DNA of 64,000 nt from an uncultured Nitrososphaerota archaeon (GCA_963718895.1 CAVRAG010000007.1:32001-96000), one strand, 5' to 3'. Shown: positions 20,202-30,870, counted from the stretch's first letter. The notes: generated by a model from the letters alone, not told the origin. A program made the numbers and translations.

Positions 20202-20207
20202 CGATGA

Positions 20208-21249
20208 TCAGGCCCCGGACGCGGCCACACCGGACGTGACGCGGCGCTCGACGACGATGTCGGCGGTCTTCTCCTTGAAGTGGCATGCGACCAGGTGCCC
20301 CGGGGTGACCTCCTCGAGGGGCGGGTCGACCTTGGTGCAAACGTCCTCCATGTAGGGGCACCTTGGGTTGAACCTGCAGCCCGTCGGCGGGTTGATCGCG
20401 CTTGCGACCTCGCCCTTGATCTCGATGTTCAGTAGGTTCCTCTTCCACGGGTTGGCGACGGGCGCGGCGCTCATCAGCGTGATGGTGTAGGGGTGCCTGG
20501 GCCCCGCCATGACCGTCTTGGTGGGGCCGTACTCTACGAGGTGCCCGGCGTACATCACGGCGACGACGTCGGAGAGGTACTGGGCGACCGCGATGTTGTG
20601 GGTGATCAGCATGTAGGAGAGGCCGAACTGGTTCTGCAGCTCGATCAGGAGCCGCAGTATCTGTGCCTGGACAGAGGCGTCGAGGGCGCTGGTCGGCTCG
20701 TCGAGTATCAGGAGCTGCGGCGAGGGGGCTATGGCGCCGCGCTATTGCGACCCTCTGCCTCTGGCCTCCGCTGAGCTGCTTGGGGATGCGGTAGGCCTGC
20801 TCCTCCGAGAGGCCCACGGCGGACAGGCTCCGGGAGACCCTCTCTTCGATGGCCCGCCGGTCCCCGCCGAGCAGACCCCGGACCGGCTCGCCGACGGTGT
20901 CGGCTATGGTCTTCCTCGGGTCGAGGGACGAGTCCGGGTCCTGGAAGACTATCTGGACCTTCTTGTAGACCTCCTTGCGACCAATCTTCGCCATGTCCTG
21001 TCCGTCGAGAAGGATCTCGCCCGAGGTCGGCTCGATAAGCTGCGCCACGGTCCTCGCCAGGGTGGTCTTACCGCACCCTGATTCCCCCACGATGGCGACC
21101 GTCTTGCCCCTCGGGATGCTGATCGAGACCCCGTCGACCGCCTTCACGACCCTGCGCTCGGCCTTGCTGAATGGGTTGAGGCTACGCCTGAGCGGGTAGT
21201 ACTTCTTCAGGTCCCTGGTGACCAGGACGTCTTTGGTCTCATTCGCCAT
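20208..21249 (-). CDS. oppF: Peptide ABC transporter ATPase OppF/DppF (frameshift ~20735)
   Basis: GESGCGKT, LSGGQRQR; C-part ITHN, HPYT, GCRFNPRC. Confidence 0.9.
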
Positions 21250-22300
21250 ATAGAAAACACGATACCTTGTGTCCTGGGCTGACCTCGAGCAGCTTCGGCG
21301 CCTTGCCCCTGCAGATGTCCATGGCGGAGGGGCACCTTTCCGCGTAGCGGCATCCCGGGGGCGGGTGGACCAGGTCGGGGACCGAACCCGGTATGGGCAT
21401 GAGCTTGGTGTCGTCCTTGGACCCGGTGGGGATGCACGAGAGCAGCCCCTTGGTGTAGGGATGGAGCGGCTTGGAGAAGAGGTCGAAGACCCCGGCGTCC
21501 TCGACGACGTCGCCCGCGTACATCACGACCACCCTGTCGGCGACCTGGCTCGCCACGGCCAGGTCGTGCGTGATCAGCATTATGCTGGTGTTCACCTCGG
21601 TGATCAGCTCCTTCATCAGCTTCAGGACCTGCGCCTGGGTCGTCACGTCGAGCGCCGTCGTCGGCTCGTCGGCGACGAGGAGCTTTGGGCGCTGCGAGAG
21701 CGCCATGGCTATCATAACCCTCTGGCGCATGCCCCCGGAGAGCTCGAACGGGTACCTGTCGAGGACCTGCTCCGGGTCGGCTATCCTCACAAGCTTCAGG
21801 GCCTCCACCGCCTCGGCCCTGAGCTCGGGGGTGAGCTTCCTCTTGGGGCGGACCACCTTGGGCGCGCCCTTCGCGTCCTTCTTGTGGAGCTCCTGTATCG
21901 CCTCGGGGTCGGAGACGTCCAGGCCGGCGGACCTGCTCTCCCGGATCAGGATCGCCTCGGCCATCTGTGAGCCCACCTTGTAGACCGGGTTCAGGCTGGT
22001 GAGCGGCTCCTGGAAGATCATGGCGATCTCGGTCCCCCTGTAGCTTCTGAGGTGCTTCGGGTCGAGCTTGACCAGGTCGGTCCCCTTGTAGACTATCGAG
22101 CCCCCGAGGACCTTCGCCGGAGGGCTCTGGAGGAGGCCTATCATCGAGAGCGCCAGGGTGGACTTGCCGCACCCGGACTCGCCGACGACGGCCAGGAACT
22201 CCCTCTCGCCGATGTCGAGGTCGATGCCGTTGAGCGCGACGAGCCTCCACTCGTGGAACTCGTAGGCTATCTTCAGGTCGTCGATCTTGATGAGGCTCAT
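21239..22300 (-). CDS. oppD: Peptide ABC transporter ATPase OppD/DppD
   Basis: ATG 22300; GESGCGKS, LSGGMRQR, DEPTTALD, HPYT. Confidence 0.95.
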   Translation of the reverse strand: MSLIKIDDLKIAYEFHEWRLVALNGIDLDIGEREFLAVVGESGCGKSTLALSMIGLLQSPPAKVLGGSIVYKGTDLVKLDPKHLRSYRGTEIAMIFQEPLTSLNPVYKVGSQMAEAILIRESRSAGLDVSDPEAIQELHKKDAKGAPKVVRPKRKLTPELRAEAVEALKLVRIADPEQVLDRYPFELSGGMRQRVMIAMALSQRPKLLVADEPTTALDVTTQAQVLKLMKELITEVNTSIMLITHDLAVASQVADRVVVMYAGDVVEDAGVFDLFSKPLHPYTKGLLSCIPTGSKDDTKLMPIPGSVPDLVHPPPGCRYAERCPSAMDICRGKAPKLLEVSPGHKVSCFLYGE

Positions 22301-23214
22301 GCCGAGCTCTCCTCCAGCGCGTCGCGGAAGCCGTCCCCGAAGACGCTGAACCCGACGACGGCCATGGCGATGGTGAGGCCGGGGATCACCGGCAGCCAGG
22401 GCGCGGAGATCAGGTAGTCCTGGTAGTTGCTGACCATGTACCCCCAGTCGGGCGCGGGAGGAGGGATCGAGAGGCCGAGGTAGCTCAGGCCCGAGTAGAC
22501 GAGGACGACCGTGCCGAGGTCTAGGGTCGCGTAGACCACCAGGGTGAGGAAGATGTTGGGGATGACGTGGCGGACGACTATCCTGAAGGTCCCGAACCCG
22601 GAGGTCTTTGCGGCCTCGATGTAGTTCTGGTGGGCGACCTTGAGCGTCTCGCCCCGTGAGAGGCGGGCGTAGGCGGGCCACCAGACCATCATGAGCGCGA
22701 ACGCCATGGTGAGGATCCCCGGTCCGAGCCTCGAGACGATGGCGATGGCGAGGATGAGGGCGGGTATTGCGAAGAAGATGTCCGTGACCCTCATCAGGGC
22801 CTCATCGAAGAGCCCTCCCCGGAACCCCGCGAAGCACCCGACGGCGATGCCCACGATGAGGGCCACGCCGACGACCGCGAACCCGATCGAGAACCCGTTG
22901 GGGGTCGCGGCGATGATCCTGCTGAAGACGTCCCTCCCCAGCTGGTCGGTCCCGAAGAGGTACTTCGCCGAGGGTCCCAGGAGAGGCGGCCCCACCGGCT
23001 CGATGGGGTTGTAGGGGGTTATCTGGATGTGGAGGAGCTGGGTCACCTCGACGACCAGGGCGACGACCACGAAGGCCATGATGATCGCGCCGCCGATCAT
23101 CATCTCCTTGTTCCTGCGCAACCGGACTCCGCCGGTGATGAAGCCGAGGCGTCCGACGTTCTTCCGGACCGGCCTGTTCGGCTTGACCGGTTCTGGGGGT
23201 TCCTGGGTCGCCAT
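22297..23214 (-). CDS. oppC: Peptide ABC permease OppC/DppC
   Basis: FGTDQLGRD, EAAK, LSYLGL, PDWG. Confidence 0.95.
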   Translation of the reverse strand: MATQEPPEPVKPNRPVRKNVGRLGFITGGVRLRRNKEMMIGGAIIMAFVVVALVVEVTQLLHIQITPYNPIEPVGPPLLGPSAKYLFGTDQLGRDVFSRIIAATPNGFSIGFAVVGVALIVGIAVGCFAGFRGGLFDEALMRVTDIFFAIPALILAIAIVSRLGPGILTMAFALMMVWWPAYARLSRGETLKVAHQNYIEAAKTSGFGTFRIVVRHVIPNIFLTLVVYATLDLGTVVLVYSGLSYLGLSIPPPAPDWGYMVSNYQDYLISAPWLPVIPGLTIAMAVVGFSVFGDGFRDALEESSA

Positions 23215-23215
23215 T

Positions 23216-24235
23216 TTAGCTGTACCTGATCTGGGGGTCCACGACGACGTACAGGATGTCAGCGGAGAGGTTCGTAAGCACGATGAGCGAGGCGAATATC
23301 AGCGTGGTCGCGAGTATCCCGGGGTAGTCCGAGGCCAGCAGCGCCTGGACGACGTACTGTCCCATACCCGGATAGGCGAAGATGTTCTCCACGAAGACCG
23401 TCCCGGTCAGGAGGTAGGTCACCACGAGTGAGGAGACCGTGACGACGGGTATCAGCCCGTTCCGCAGGCCGTGGCTCAGGAAGACGGTTCTCTCGTCCAC
23501 TCCCTTGGCGCGGGCCGTCCGGATGAAGTTTGAGTGCATCACGTCGAGCACCGAGGCTCTGAGTATTCTGGTCACCACGCCGAAGGTGGTCACGGCGAGG
23601 GTGAGGCTCGGGAGGATGACGTGGATGAGGGCGCTCCTCAGGTAGGCAAAGTTCCCCTCGATCAGCGAGTCCAGCATGGGTATCCCCGTGATCGCGTGCG
23701 GGGCGATAATCGAGACGTCCGCGGCGCCACCGCTCGGGAGCAAGTGGAGATAGTAGACGAGGATTATCAGCAGCACCAGCCCGATGAAGAATGGGGGAGA
23801 GGAGTATCCGGCGAGGTAGAACCCCCGGATGCCTGCGTCGAGGGGCTTCTTGTGGTAGAACGAGGCAAGGATACCGAAGGCGATCCCCATCAGCAGAGTC
23901 AGGATGATCCCGAAGAACGCTATCTGGAGCGTGTACGGCAGCGTCTGCTGGATGACCGTGATGACGGGGGTGAACCCGCGGGACGGCGAGACCCCGAGGT
24001 TCCCCTGGGATAGCCCGAGCACATAGTAGTAGAACTGGGTGTAGATGGGCGCGTCCAGGTGGTACTTGGCCACGTAGAGCTTGACCAGGTTGGGGTGGAG
24101 AGCCGCGGACTTGCCGAGCCACGCGTAGATCGGGTTCCCGAAGCTGTGCGAGATGGTGAACGTTATCACCAGCACACCTAGGAGGACAAATATCGCGAGA
24201 AGCAGACGGCGAGCGATATAACGCCCTATATCCAC
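23216..24235 (-). CDS. oppB: Peptide ABC permease OppB/DppB
   Basis: GTG 24235; YIARRLL, RTARAKG, ENIFAYPGMG, DPQIR. Confidence 0.95.
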   Translation of the reverse strand: MDIGRYIARRLLLAIFVLLGVLVITFTISHSFGNPIYAWLGKSAALHPNLVKLYVAKYHLDAPIYTQFYYYVLGLSQGNLGVSPSRGFTPVITVIQQTLPYTLQIAFFGIILTLLMGIAFGILASFYHKKPLDAGIRGFYLAGYSSPPFFIGLVLLIILVYYLHLLPSGGAADVSIIAPHAITGIPMLDSLIEGNFAYLRSALIHVILPSLTLAVTTFGVVTRILRASVLDVMHSNFIRTARAKGVDERTVFLSHGLRNGLIPVVTVSSLVVTYLLTGTVFVENIFAYPGMGQYVVQALLASDYPGILATTLIFASLIVLTNLSADILYVVVDPQIRYS

Positions 24236-24397
24236 GGGGCTAAAGTTGCGTTCTGAGTTATTTATCGATATTGGTGCAAATTTAAACTCGCGCGGGACCC
24301 CGCAGACGCCTGCGAAATCTCCTCTGGGGGTGAGCGGACCGGACCCAAGCTGGGTCGCCGGAGGTCTGGACTCGCGCCTCGGAAGGCGCTGCAAATC

Positions 24398-24403
24398 TTA
24401 TAA
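24398..24403 (+). promoter_or_regulatory. TATA box
   Basis: TTATAA ~30 nt before the SDR start. Confidence 0.5.
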
Positions 24404-24431
24404 CGAGTCGGCCCCTATGCTCGAGTGACAA

Positions 24432-25193
24432 ATGGGATCGAGCCTGCAGGACAAGGTCACGATAGTGACGGGAGCGGCCTCCGGCATAGGGAGGGGCTCA
24501 GCCATGGTCTTCGCGGCCAACGGGGCGAAGGTCGTGGTGGCGGACATAGACGAGGAAGGAGGAAAGAAGACGGTCGAGGAGATAGGAAGGCGCGGCGGGA
24601 CGGCGATCTTCGTGAGGACGGACGTCTCCAGCGCCTCGGACGCCAAGAACTGCGTCGAGAGGGCCGTGAAGGAGTACGGGAGGCTCGATTGTCTCTTCAG
24701 CAACGCCGGCTTCAACCCCACGGGCACCGTCGTCGACACGACGGAGGAGCTCTGGGACCGGCTCATCGATGTGAACCTTAAGGGCATGTTCCTGATGTGC
24801 AAGTACTCTATCCCCGAGATGAAAAAGGCCGGAAGGGGCTCGATCGTCTGCACCGCGAGCGTCGACGGAGTCATCGCCATAAGGAACGAGGCCGCCTACA
24901 TCGCCTCCAAGGGCGGGATCATCTCGCTGGTGAAGGCTATGGCCCTGGACCACGCCCCGGACAACGTCAGGGTCAACTGCATCCTCCCCGGTGCCATCAG
25001 GACCGCGCTCTACGAGAAGTTCATCCGGGAGAATCCGGGCATAGAGGACCAAGCGAAGGAGCACGCAATGGGGAGGATAGGCGAGCCGGAGGAGGTCGGA
25101 GAGGTCGCGATGTTCCTCCTCTCGGACGCTCCCAGCTTCGTAACCGGGGCGATTATCCCCGTGGACGGGGGATACTCGGCGGTCAAGACCTGA
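24432..25193 (+). CDS. Short-chain dehydrogenase/reductase
   Basis: TGAASGIG, NAG, YIASK, VDGG. Confidence 0.95.
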   Translation: MGSSLQDKVTIVTGAASGIGRGSAMVFAANGAKVVVADIDEEGGKKTVEEIGRRGGTAIFVRTDVSSASDAKNCVERAVKEYGRLDCLFSNAGFNPTGTVVDTTEELWDRLIDVNLKGMFLMCKYSIPEMKKAGRGSIVCTASVDGVIAIRNEAAYIASKGGIISLVKAMALDHAPDNVRVNCILPGAIRTALYEKFIRENPGIEDQAKEHAMGRIGEPEEVGEVAMFLLSDAPSFVTGAIIPVDGGYSAVKT

Positions 25194-25232
25194 CCGGCCG
25201 CATGCACGCCCAGAGGCAGGCGCCGGGGACGC

Positions 25233-26411
25233 TCAGACGATGCTTCCGAGCCCCTTGTAGCTCGTGCCTCCCGCGGGCAGTCGGTCGAACCTAGACATAG
25301 AAAACTCCGACCTGTCGAAGGTGGGAGAGTCGGCGCCCCCCAGCATCTCCGTGACCATCAGGCCGAACGCGGGGCACATTTTGAAGCCGTGTCCGCTCAG
25401 CCCGACGCACGCGTACACGCCAGGGAAGCCCAGGCCGGCGAGGCTGTCCACCACGGGCAGTTCGTCGGGGGTCGTGTCGTACATCCCGTAGTATGTGCTG
25501 TGGACGGTGCCTTCCTTCATGGGCGGAATCCTTTCCATCATCGACTCGGAGAACCTCGAGACGTAATCGTCCGGGGCCTCCCTGGGGCAGTCCTCGGGCG
25601 CTACCGAGACCTTGTCGAGCTCGGCGTCGATGCTCCCCCCGTAGAGTAGCGACCGGCCCTCGGGCTTGTAGTAGGCCTTCTTGGCATAGTCTGATACTAT
25701 CACCTTGGGGCCGAGATACCTTTCCGGCCTGCGGTAAACGACGATCGGGTGGGGGACGACCCTTAGCGGAGGCCGGATCTCGACCGGGACATCGCTCCGG
25801 GAGAGGATGTCGTTGGTCCAGATGTTGGTGCAGAGTACCACCCTGGAAAACTCGAGCCTCCTCCCGTCCCCGAGAAGGAGAGAGGTCGCGCTCCGCGAAT
25901 TCTCGATTCGCTCCACGCGGGTGTTAACAAGAACGCGGGCGCCCAGGGACTCAGCCATCGAAGAGTATGTCCTAGCAGTCGAGACCGGGTCGGCGTAGCC
26001 GCTCTCGGGCTCGTACACGAAGTGGTCGACATCGTCGACCTGTAGCTCTGGGAATTGGCGGGCAGCGTCGTTCCTGTCGAGGACCTCCTCCGCGACGCCC
26101 ACGGACCTAAGCATCGAGACGTTCGCCTGCGCCGCGGGCCAGTGCTCCTCCGGGACGAGGAACAGCATGCCCGACCTGACGAACCCCGCGCCGTCCATGC
26201 CTCGGAGCACCCCGAGCGAGTAGAGCGCCATCCTTGCCAGGGTCTCGTTGCTGTAGTGGGTCCTGACGTTCGCGGTCGAGCGGCTCGTCATCCCTCCCCC
26301 GATCTGGTCCATCTCGATGAGGGTCACTGGGTGCCCGGCCTTGGCGAGGTGGTACGCGACGCTCGACCCCGTCGACCCTGCGCCGACCACTGCGACGTCC
26401 TCGGTCTTCAA
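25233..26411 (-). CDS. FAD-dependent oxidoreductase (DadA / sarcosine oxidase beta family)
   Basis: VVGAGSTG, GMTSRS, GYADP, YDTTPD, GLSGHGFK. Confidence 0.9.
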   Translation of the reverse strand: MKTEDVAVVGAGSTGSSVAYHLAKAGHPVTLIEMDQIGGGMTSRSTANVRTHYSNETLARMALYSLGVLRGMDGAGFVRSGMLFLVPEEHWPAAQANVSMLRSVGVAEEVLDRNDAARQFPELQVDDVDHFVYEPESGYADPVSTARTYSSMAESLGARVLVNTRVERIENSRSATSLLLGDGRRLEFSRVVLCTNIWTNDILSRSDVPVEIRPPLRVVPHPIVVYRRPERYLGPKVIVSDYAKKAYYKPEGRSLLYGGSIDAELDKVSVAPEDCPREAPDDYVSRFSESMMERIPPMKEGTVHSTYYGMYDTTPDELPVVDSLAGLGFPGVYACVGLSGHGFKMCPAFGLMVTEMLGGADSPTFDRSEFSMSRFDRLPAGGTSYKGLGSIV

Positions 26412-26524
26412 ACGCCCGTCGGGGCCACTGGGCGGATATGAGTTTTTGGAAGCAGCTCCGCGTCAGATCCGCGGGGAACGTCGGGCGATAAGGCTTAAGT
26501 AAAAAACAGAGCCGGCAACCGTCG

Positions 26525-28588
26525 TTGTCGGAATTCAAGCACCTGTTCACGCCGATAGAGATCGGTCCCATCACGCTCAGGAACCGGATCTACATGACTC
26601 CGCACGCCACGATGTTCACGTCTGACGCCCGGGACAACCTTCCGGGAGAAACCATAGCGACCTACCTCGCCGAGAGGGCAAAGGGCGGCGCGGCCCTCGT
26701 CGAGGTCTCGATGGCGATCATCGGTCAGGAGGTCGGGCAGACCTCGCCCGACACGGACGCCCACTTCAGCCCGCTCGCCGGCGGCCACCCCATGACGCTG
26801 ACGGGGCGGTGGCCCCTGAGGGCTAACGATCCCCGCATCGTCGACGGCTACTCGCGAATGGCCAGGGCGGTGCACGACCACGGTGGCAGGTGCTTCATCG
26901 AGCTGGCCTCTGGTGGGACGAATGTCGGGAACGAAAAAGGGGTCTCGCGTTTCCCTTGGCCCTCGCACCCCCTGCACGTGCTCCCCTTCACGCCCATGGA
27001 GCTCACCGACGAGGAGATCGAGGGCCAGGTCGCGGCCTACGGGAGCGCCGCGGCGCTGGTCAAGAAGTCGGGGCTCGACGGAGTCGACATCCACGGGACC
27101 CACGGGGCGATAGTCTCCGAGTTCCTCTCGGCCGTCATGAACCAGAGGAAGGACAGGTGGGGCGGCCCGCTCGAGAACAGGATGAGGTTCCTCGAAGAGG
27201 TCATCAAGAGCATCAGGGAGAACGTTGGCACCGATATCGCCGTCGGCATGCGCCTCATGGGAGACGAGAGGTTCGAGGGAGGGAACGGTCCCGCCGAGGC
27301 GGCCGAGATGGTCAGGCGTCTCGACGGCAAGCTCGACTGGGTGACCGCCGACAGGGGCTACTCCCCCCAGCAGGAGGACTGGCAGGCCGTCCCGATGTAC
27401 GTGGAGAGCGGCTACAACCTAAGGATAACGAACCCGGTCAAGCAGGCAGCGAAGAAGACGAAGGTGGGCGTGGTAGGGAAGTACGTCGACCCGGTCTACG
27501 CCGAGCACCTCCTGGCCACCGGCGAGGCGGACATGGTCGCCATGACGAGGGCGCTCATCGCCGACCCTGAGCTGCCCAACAAGGCGCTGCAGGGCCGGGT
27601 GAACGAGATACGCCCCTGCATCGGCGTGCTCCAGGAGTGCTGGGGACGGATGATAAGGGGCCTGCCGATCTCCTGCACGGTCAACCCGGCCGCCGGCAGG
27701 GAGAAGGAGTGGGGTATGGGGACGGAGACGGCGCCCTCCCGTCCGAAGAAGGTCCTCGTGATCGGAGGGGGGCCCGCCGGGCTGGAGGTAGCGAGGGTGC
27801 TAGCCGAACGCGGCCACAAGCCGGTGATCTACGAGAGGTCCAGGAACCTGGGAGGCCAGCTCCTCACGGCGGCGAAGCTGCCCGGTAGGGAGAACCTCCG
27901 GGCCATAGTCCAGTGGCAGATAGAGCGCATCTCGGAGATGGGGGTCGAGGTGAGGTTCGGCATGGAGGTCTCCGCCGACACGGCCGTGGTCGACTTCATC
28001 CTCGAGGAGGAGAGGCCCGACGCGGTCGTGATCTCGACGGGCTCGTCCCCGATACGGACGGGATTCCAGCCCTACACGATGCACGAGGTACGAGGCTGGG
28101 ACCAGCCGGTCGTCTCGACCGATCGGGACATCTGGGAAGGGAGGGTCAAGGCGGGAAAGAAGGTCATCATCGCGGACACGCTTAGCTTCGTGGAGGCGCC
28201 CGGACTGGGCGAGCACCTGGCCCGCCAGGGGAGCGACGTGGAGGTAGTGACGCCCCTCGCCAACATCGCCATGGAGGCTAACCTCTACAACCACTGGGAC
28301 CACATGCTGCCGAGGGTCTTCTCGTCGGGCGTCAGGGTCTCACCCTTCAACTGGGTGAGGAAGGTCGAAGGGAACAGGGTCACGCTCTACAACATCCACA
28401 CCCCCAGGACAGAGCGCGTGGAGGAGGTCGACAACCTGGTCCTCATCACCGGCAGCATTCAGAACGACTCGCTGTCCGCCGCGTTCAGAGGCCGCGCCGA
28501 GGTCCACGTCATCGGCGACGCCAGAATAGGAGGGGCGAGGATCGGGAACGCCATGTACGATGCCGGGAAGCTCGCGAGAGAGCTCTGA
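26525..28588 (+). CDS. OYE-type FMN + FeS + FAD oxidoreductase (TMADH/DgcA/StcD-like)
   Basis: TLRNRI, NQRKDRWGG..ENRMRF, RALIADP, PCIG..C...CTVNP, IGGGPAGLE. Confidence 0.9.
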   Translation: MSEFKHLFTPIEIGPITLRNRIYMTPHATMFTSDARDNLPGETIATYLAERAKGGAALVEVSMAIIGQEVGQTSPDTDAHFSPLAGGHPMTLTGRWPLRANDPRIVDGYSRMARAVHDHGGRCFIELASGGTNVGNEKGVSRFPWPSHPLHVLPFTPMELTDEEIEGQVAAYGSAAALVKKSGLDGVDIHGTHGAIVSEFLSAVMNQRKDRWGGPLENRMRFLEEVIKSIRENVGTDIAVGMRLMGDERFEGGNGPAEAAEMVRRLDGKLDWVTADRGYSPQQEDWQAVPMYVESGYNLRITNPVKQAAKKTKVGVVGKYVDPVYAEHLLATGEADMVAMTRALIADPELPNKALQGRVNEIRPCIGVLQECWGRMIRGLPISCTVNPAAGREKEWGMGTETAPSRPKKVLVIGGGPAGLEVARVLAERGHKPVIYERSRNLGGQLLTAAKLPGRENLRAIVQWQIERISEMGVEVRFGMEVSADTAVVDFILEEERPDAVVISTGSSPIRTGFQPYTMHEVRGWDQPVVSTDRDIWEGRVKAGKKVIIADTLSFVEAPGLGEHLARQGSDVEVVTPLANIAMEANLYNHWDHMLPRVFSSGVRVSPFNWVRKVEGNRVTLYNIHTPRTERVEEVDNLVLITGSIQNDSLSAAFRGRAEVHVIGDARIGGARIGNAMYDAGKLAREL

Positions 28589-28640
28589 CTAGAAAGTACC
28601 GAAAGGGAAGGGGAGGGCGGCGGAGGGCCGCCCGATTCGC

Positions 28641-30557
28641 TTATCCGAACGTCACTGTGTTGAAGATGGGCTCCGTCGACTCTCCGGTCCAGACCGGATC
28701 GACATAGAAGTGGCTGACGACTCCCGCCTTCCATACGAGTGACCCTCCGTAGGGCAGCCACAGGCTGAAGGTCCCCAGCCATGCGTAAGGTGCCTGCTGG
28801 TAGATCACCTTCTGGGCTGCGGCACAGAGCGACTGTATCGTCGAGATGACGCTCGTCGAGGTGAAGGCGTTCACGCAGGCCTGGACTGTTGGGTTCGAGT
28901 ATCCGGGCCAGTTGCCCCAGAGGGAAGTGTTGCTCACGAATGTCACCCAGTAGTCTGCGGGGGTCAGTGTGGCAGGACCCCAGCCGAAGCCGGAGTTCAC
29001 GAATGCCAGCTGCCCTATCTGGGACGCGTCCGCCACGTTGGTGGAGTAGGTACCGTAGGGCACGTAGTAGGCGGAGGTGGACTGGACCTGGATGTTCACG
29101 TTGATGCCTATCTGGGCCAGGTCGGACTTCACGACAGCCACTGCGCTCGAGCAGTCCTGGCAGCCTGACTGGATGTCCAAGGTGAAGGCAGGGAAGTTCG
29201 CCGTGTTGATGCTTGCGTTGGCCAGTATCTGCTTCGCCATGGCTATGTTGTACTGGTACGCCGTGTAGTTGCCCAGGTCATAGAACTGGGACCAAGCCGG
29301 GTACTCCGGACCGACGTAGGGCTTGAGCTCGCCCTGGTATGCGGTGTCGGAGAGCTGCGTGTAGTTGATCGCATGGACTATGGCCTGCCTCACCGCCGTG
29401 ATGTTCGTGGGATAGATGTTCGGGTTGAGGCCTATCAGCGCGACCTCTCCGTTCCACGGAGGCTGGGTGAGGTACTGGTACTGCGAGTTCCCGGTCACCG
29501 AGGACCAGTCGCTCGCCTGGATCTCGGAGATCTGCGCCGCACCGGTGCTCAGGTCGGTGAACCTGGAGAGGTCGTCGGCCTTGACCTGGACGATCACATT
29601 GGCTGCGTGGCCTGGGTCCAGGAGTGGCTGGGCCTTGATCTGGCTCGCCGTGAGGGTACTGCCCCAGTAGGACGAGCTCTGCGCGAACTGCACGTAGGCG
29701 TTGTCGGACTCTCCGGTCACGACGTAGGGCCCGGTGCCGGGTATCGGGCTTAGGTTGAAGTTCTGGTTGAACTGGGTCGGAGTGCCGAACCCGCCGTTCT
29801 GGAGCAGGTAGTTCACGTCGTACATCAGACCGTCATAGACGACCAGGGCGCCTGGGAACCAAAGGAACGGGCTCTGAAGGTGGAAGACTATCTGGGTCGA
29901 GTTGGTGACGTATATCGGCCAGTTCTGGTTCTCCATCATGGCGAGGACCTGCGAGCTCGGGCTGTTCAGTCCGCTCGAGGTCAGGGTCGCTATCGTCGAC
30001 GGGCCGAAGTTGACGTTCGTCATGTTGAAGAAGTCATAGGACTCCATCCAGGTGGAGCTGTTTCCCGAGAGGTAGTAGAAGCCGTACTCCTCCGCCCACA
30101 CGTTGTAGGCGTTGAACGAGTCGCCGTTCGAGAACTTGATGTCCGGCCTCAGGTTGAACGTGTAGGTCTTCCCGTCGGTGGAGACCGTCCAGCCGCTGGC
30201 GAGGCCGGGGAGATACTGTATGGTCCCGGTCTGCTGCTCTGCCGTCTCGTTGGCAAAGACCAGAGGCTGGTACACGGTGTACGTCAGCCAGTTGGGCCAC
30301 GGTAGCTCGGAGAGCGCGTAGAGCTGGTTCAGGTTATCGATCGGCCACGATGAGGCGTCGATGGTAAGGGTCTGAACTGAAGACTGCGAGGAGGTCGCCG
30401 AGGAGCTTGTAGTCTGCGTGGTGGAACTCGAAGAAAGTGTGGAGTAGTACACCACCCCTGCGGCAGCAGCGATCACGAGTACGATTACGATAGCTATACT
30501 TACCGTCCTTGTTATTGCGGTTGATTGCCGTCTGAACAAGTGCCGGTCCCTGTGCAC
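28641..30557 (-). CDS. Family-5 ABC substrate-binding protein (OppA/DppA)
   Basis: N-terminal anchor, PGLASGW..S.DGKTYTFNLR...FSNG, GTGPY, VRQAI. Confidence 0.9.
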   Translation of the reverse strand: MHRDRHLFRRQSTAITRTVSIAIVIVLVIAAAAGVVYYSTLSSSSTTQTTSSSATSSQSSVQTLTIDASSWPIDNLNQLYALSELPWPNWLTYTVYQPLVFANETAEQQTGTIQYLPGLASGWTVSTDGKTYTFNLRPDIKFSNGDSFNAYNVWAEEYGFYYLSGNSSTWMESYDFFNMTNVNFGPSTIATLTSSGLNSPSSQVLAMMENQNWPIYVTNSTQIVFHLQSPFLWFPGALVVYDGLMYDVNYLLQNGGFGTPTQFNQNFNLSPIPGTGPYVVTGESDNAYVQFAQSSSYWGSTLTASQIKAQPLLDPGHAANVIVQVKADDLSRFTDLSTGAAQISEIQASDWSSVTGNSQYQYLTQPPWNGEVALIGLNPNIYPTNITAVRQAIVHAINYTQLSDTAYQGELKPYVGPEYPAWSQFYDLGNYTAYQYNIAMAKQILANASINTANFPAFTLDIQSGCQDCSSAVAVVKSDLAQIGINVNIQVQSTSAYYVPYGTYSTNVADASQIGQLAFVNSGFGWGPATLTPADYWVTFVSNTSLWGNWPGYSNPTVQACVNAFTSTSVISTIQSLCAAAQKVIYQQAPYAWLGTFSLWLPYGGSLVWKAGVVSHFYVDPVWTGESTEPIFNTVTFG

Positions 30558-30841
30558 GTTACAGGATATTTAAGTTTTGAGTAGATTGTTCCTCCAATTT
30601 TTGCTGCTTTATCTAGGCTCTTCCCCGGGCAACCCGGACCTGGTTCGTCTGCCTCTCCGAGAAGAGGACCACCTGATTGGGGGCAGGGGTCAAGGACGGA
30701 TTTCCCCCCACCGAGGTCGCAGAAAAGCACCTTGCACTTCCATCAAAGAGCGCCTCGTTAGGGTCCACGCGAGGGACATAGGGGTGAGGAAGGAACCGAC
30801 GATACAGAGGGAAGGTCCGGAGGATCCGTAGAATGGAGGAT

Positions 30842-30869
30842 GTGCGCCCCTCCCCGAGGAAGGGGGCAC
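30842..30869 (-). terminator. GC-rich hairpin just downstream of the 30871-32817 gene
   Basis: GTGCGCCCCTCC-CCGA-GGAAGGGGGCAC imperfect stem. Confidence 0.3.
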
Positions 30870-30870
30870 T

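Noticed and set aside
4016-20760. Programmed frameshifting or phase variation
   Set aside because: Breaks are too numerous, show no consistent slippery motif and affect unrelated genes.
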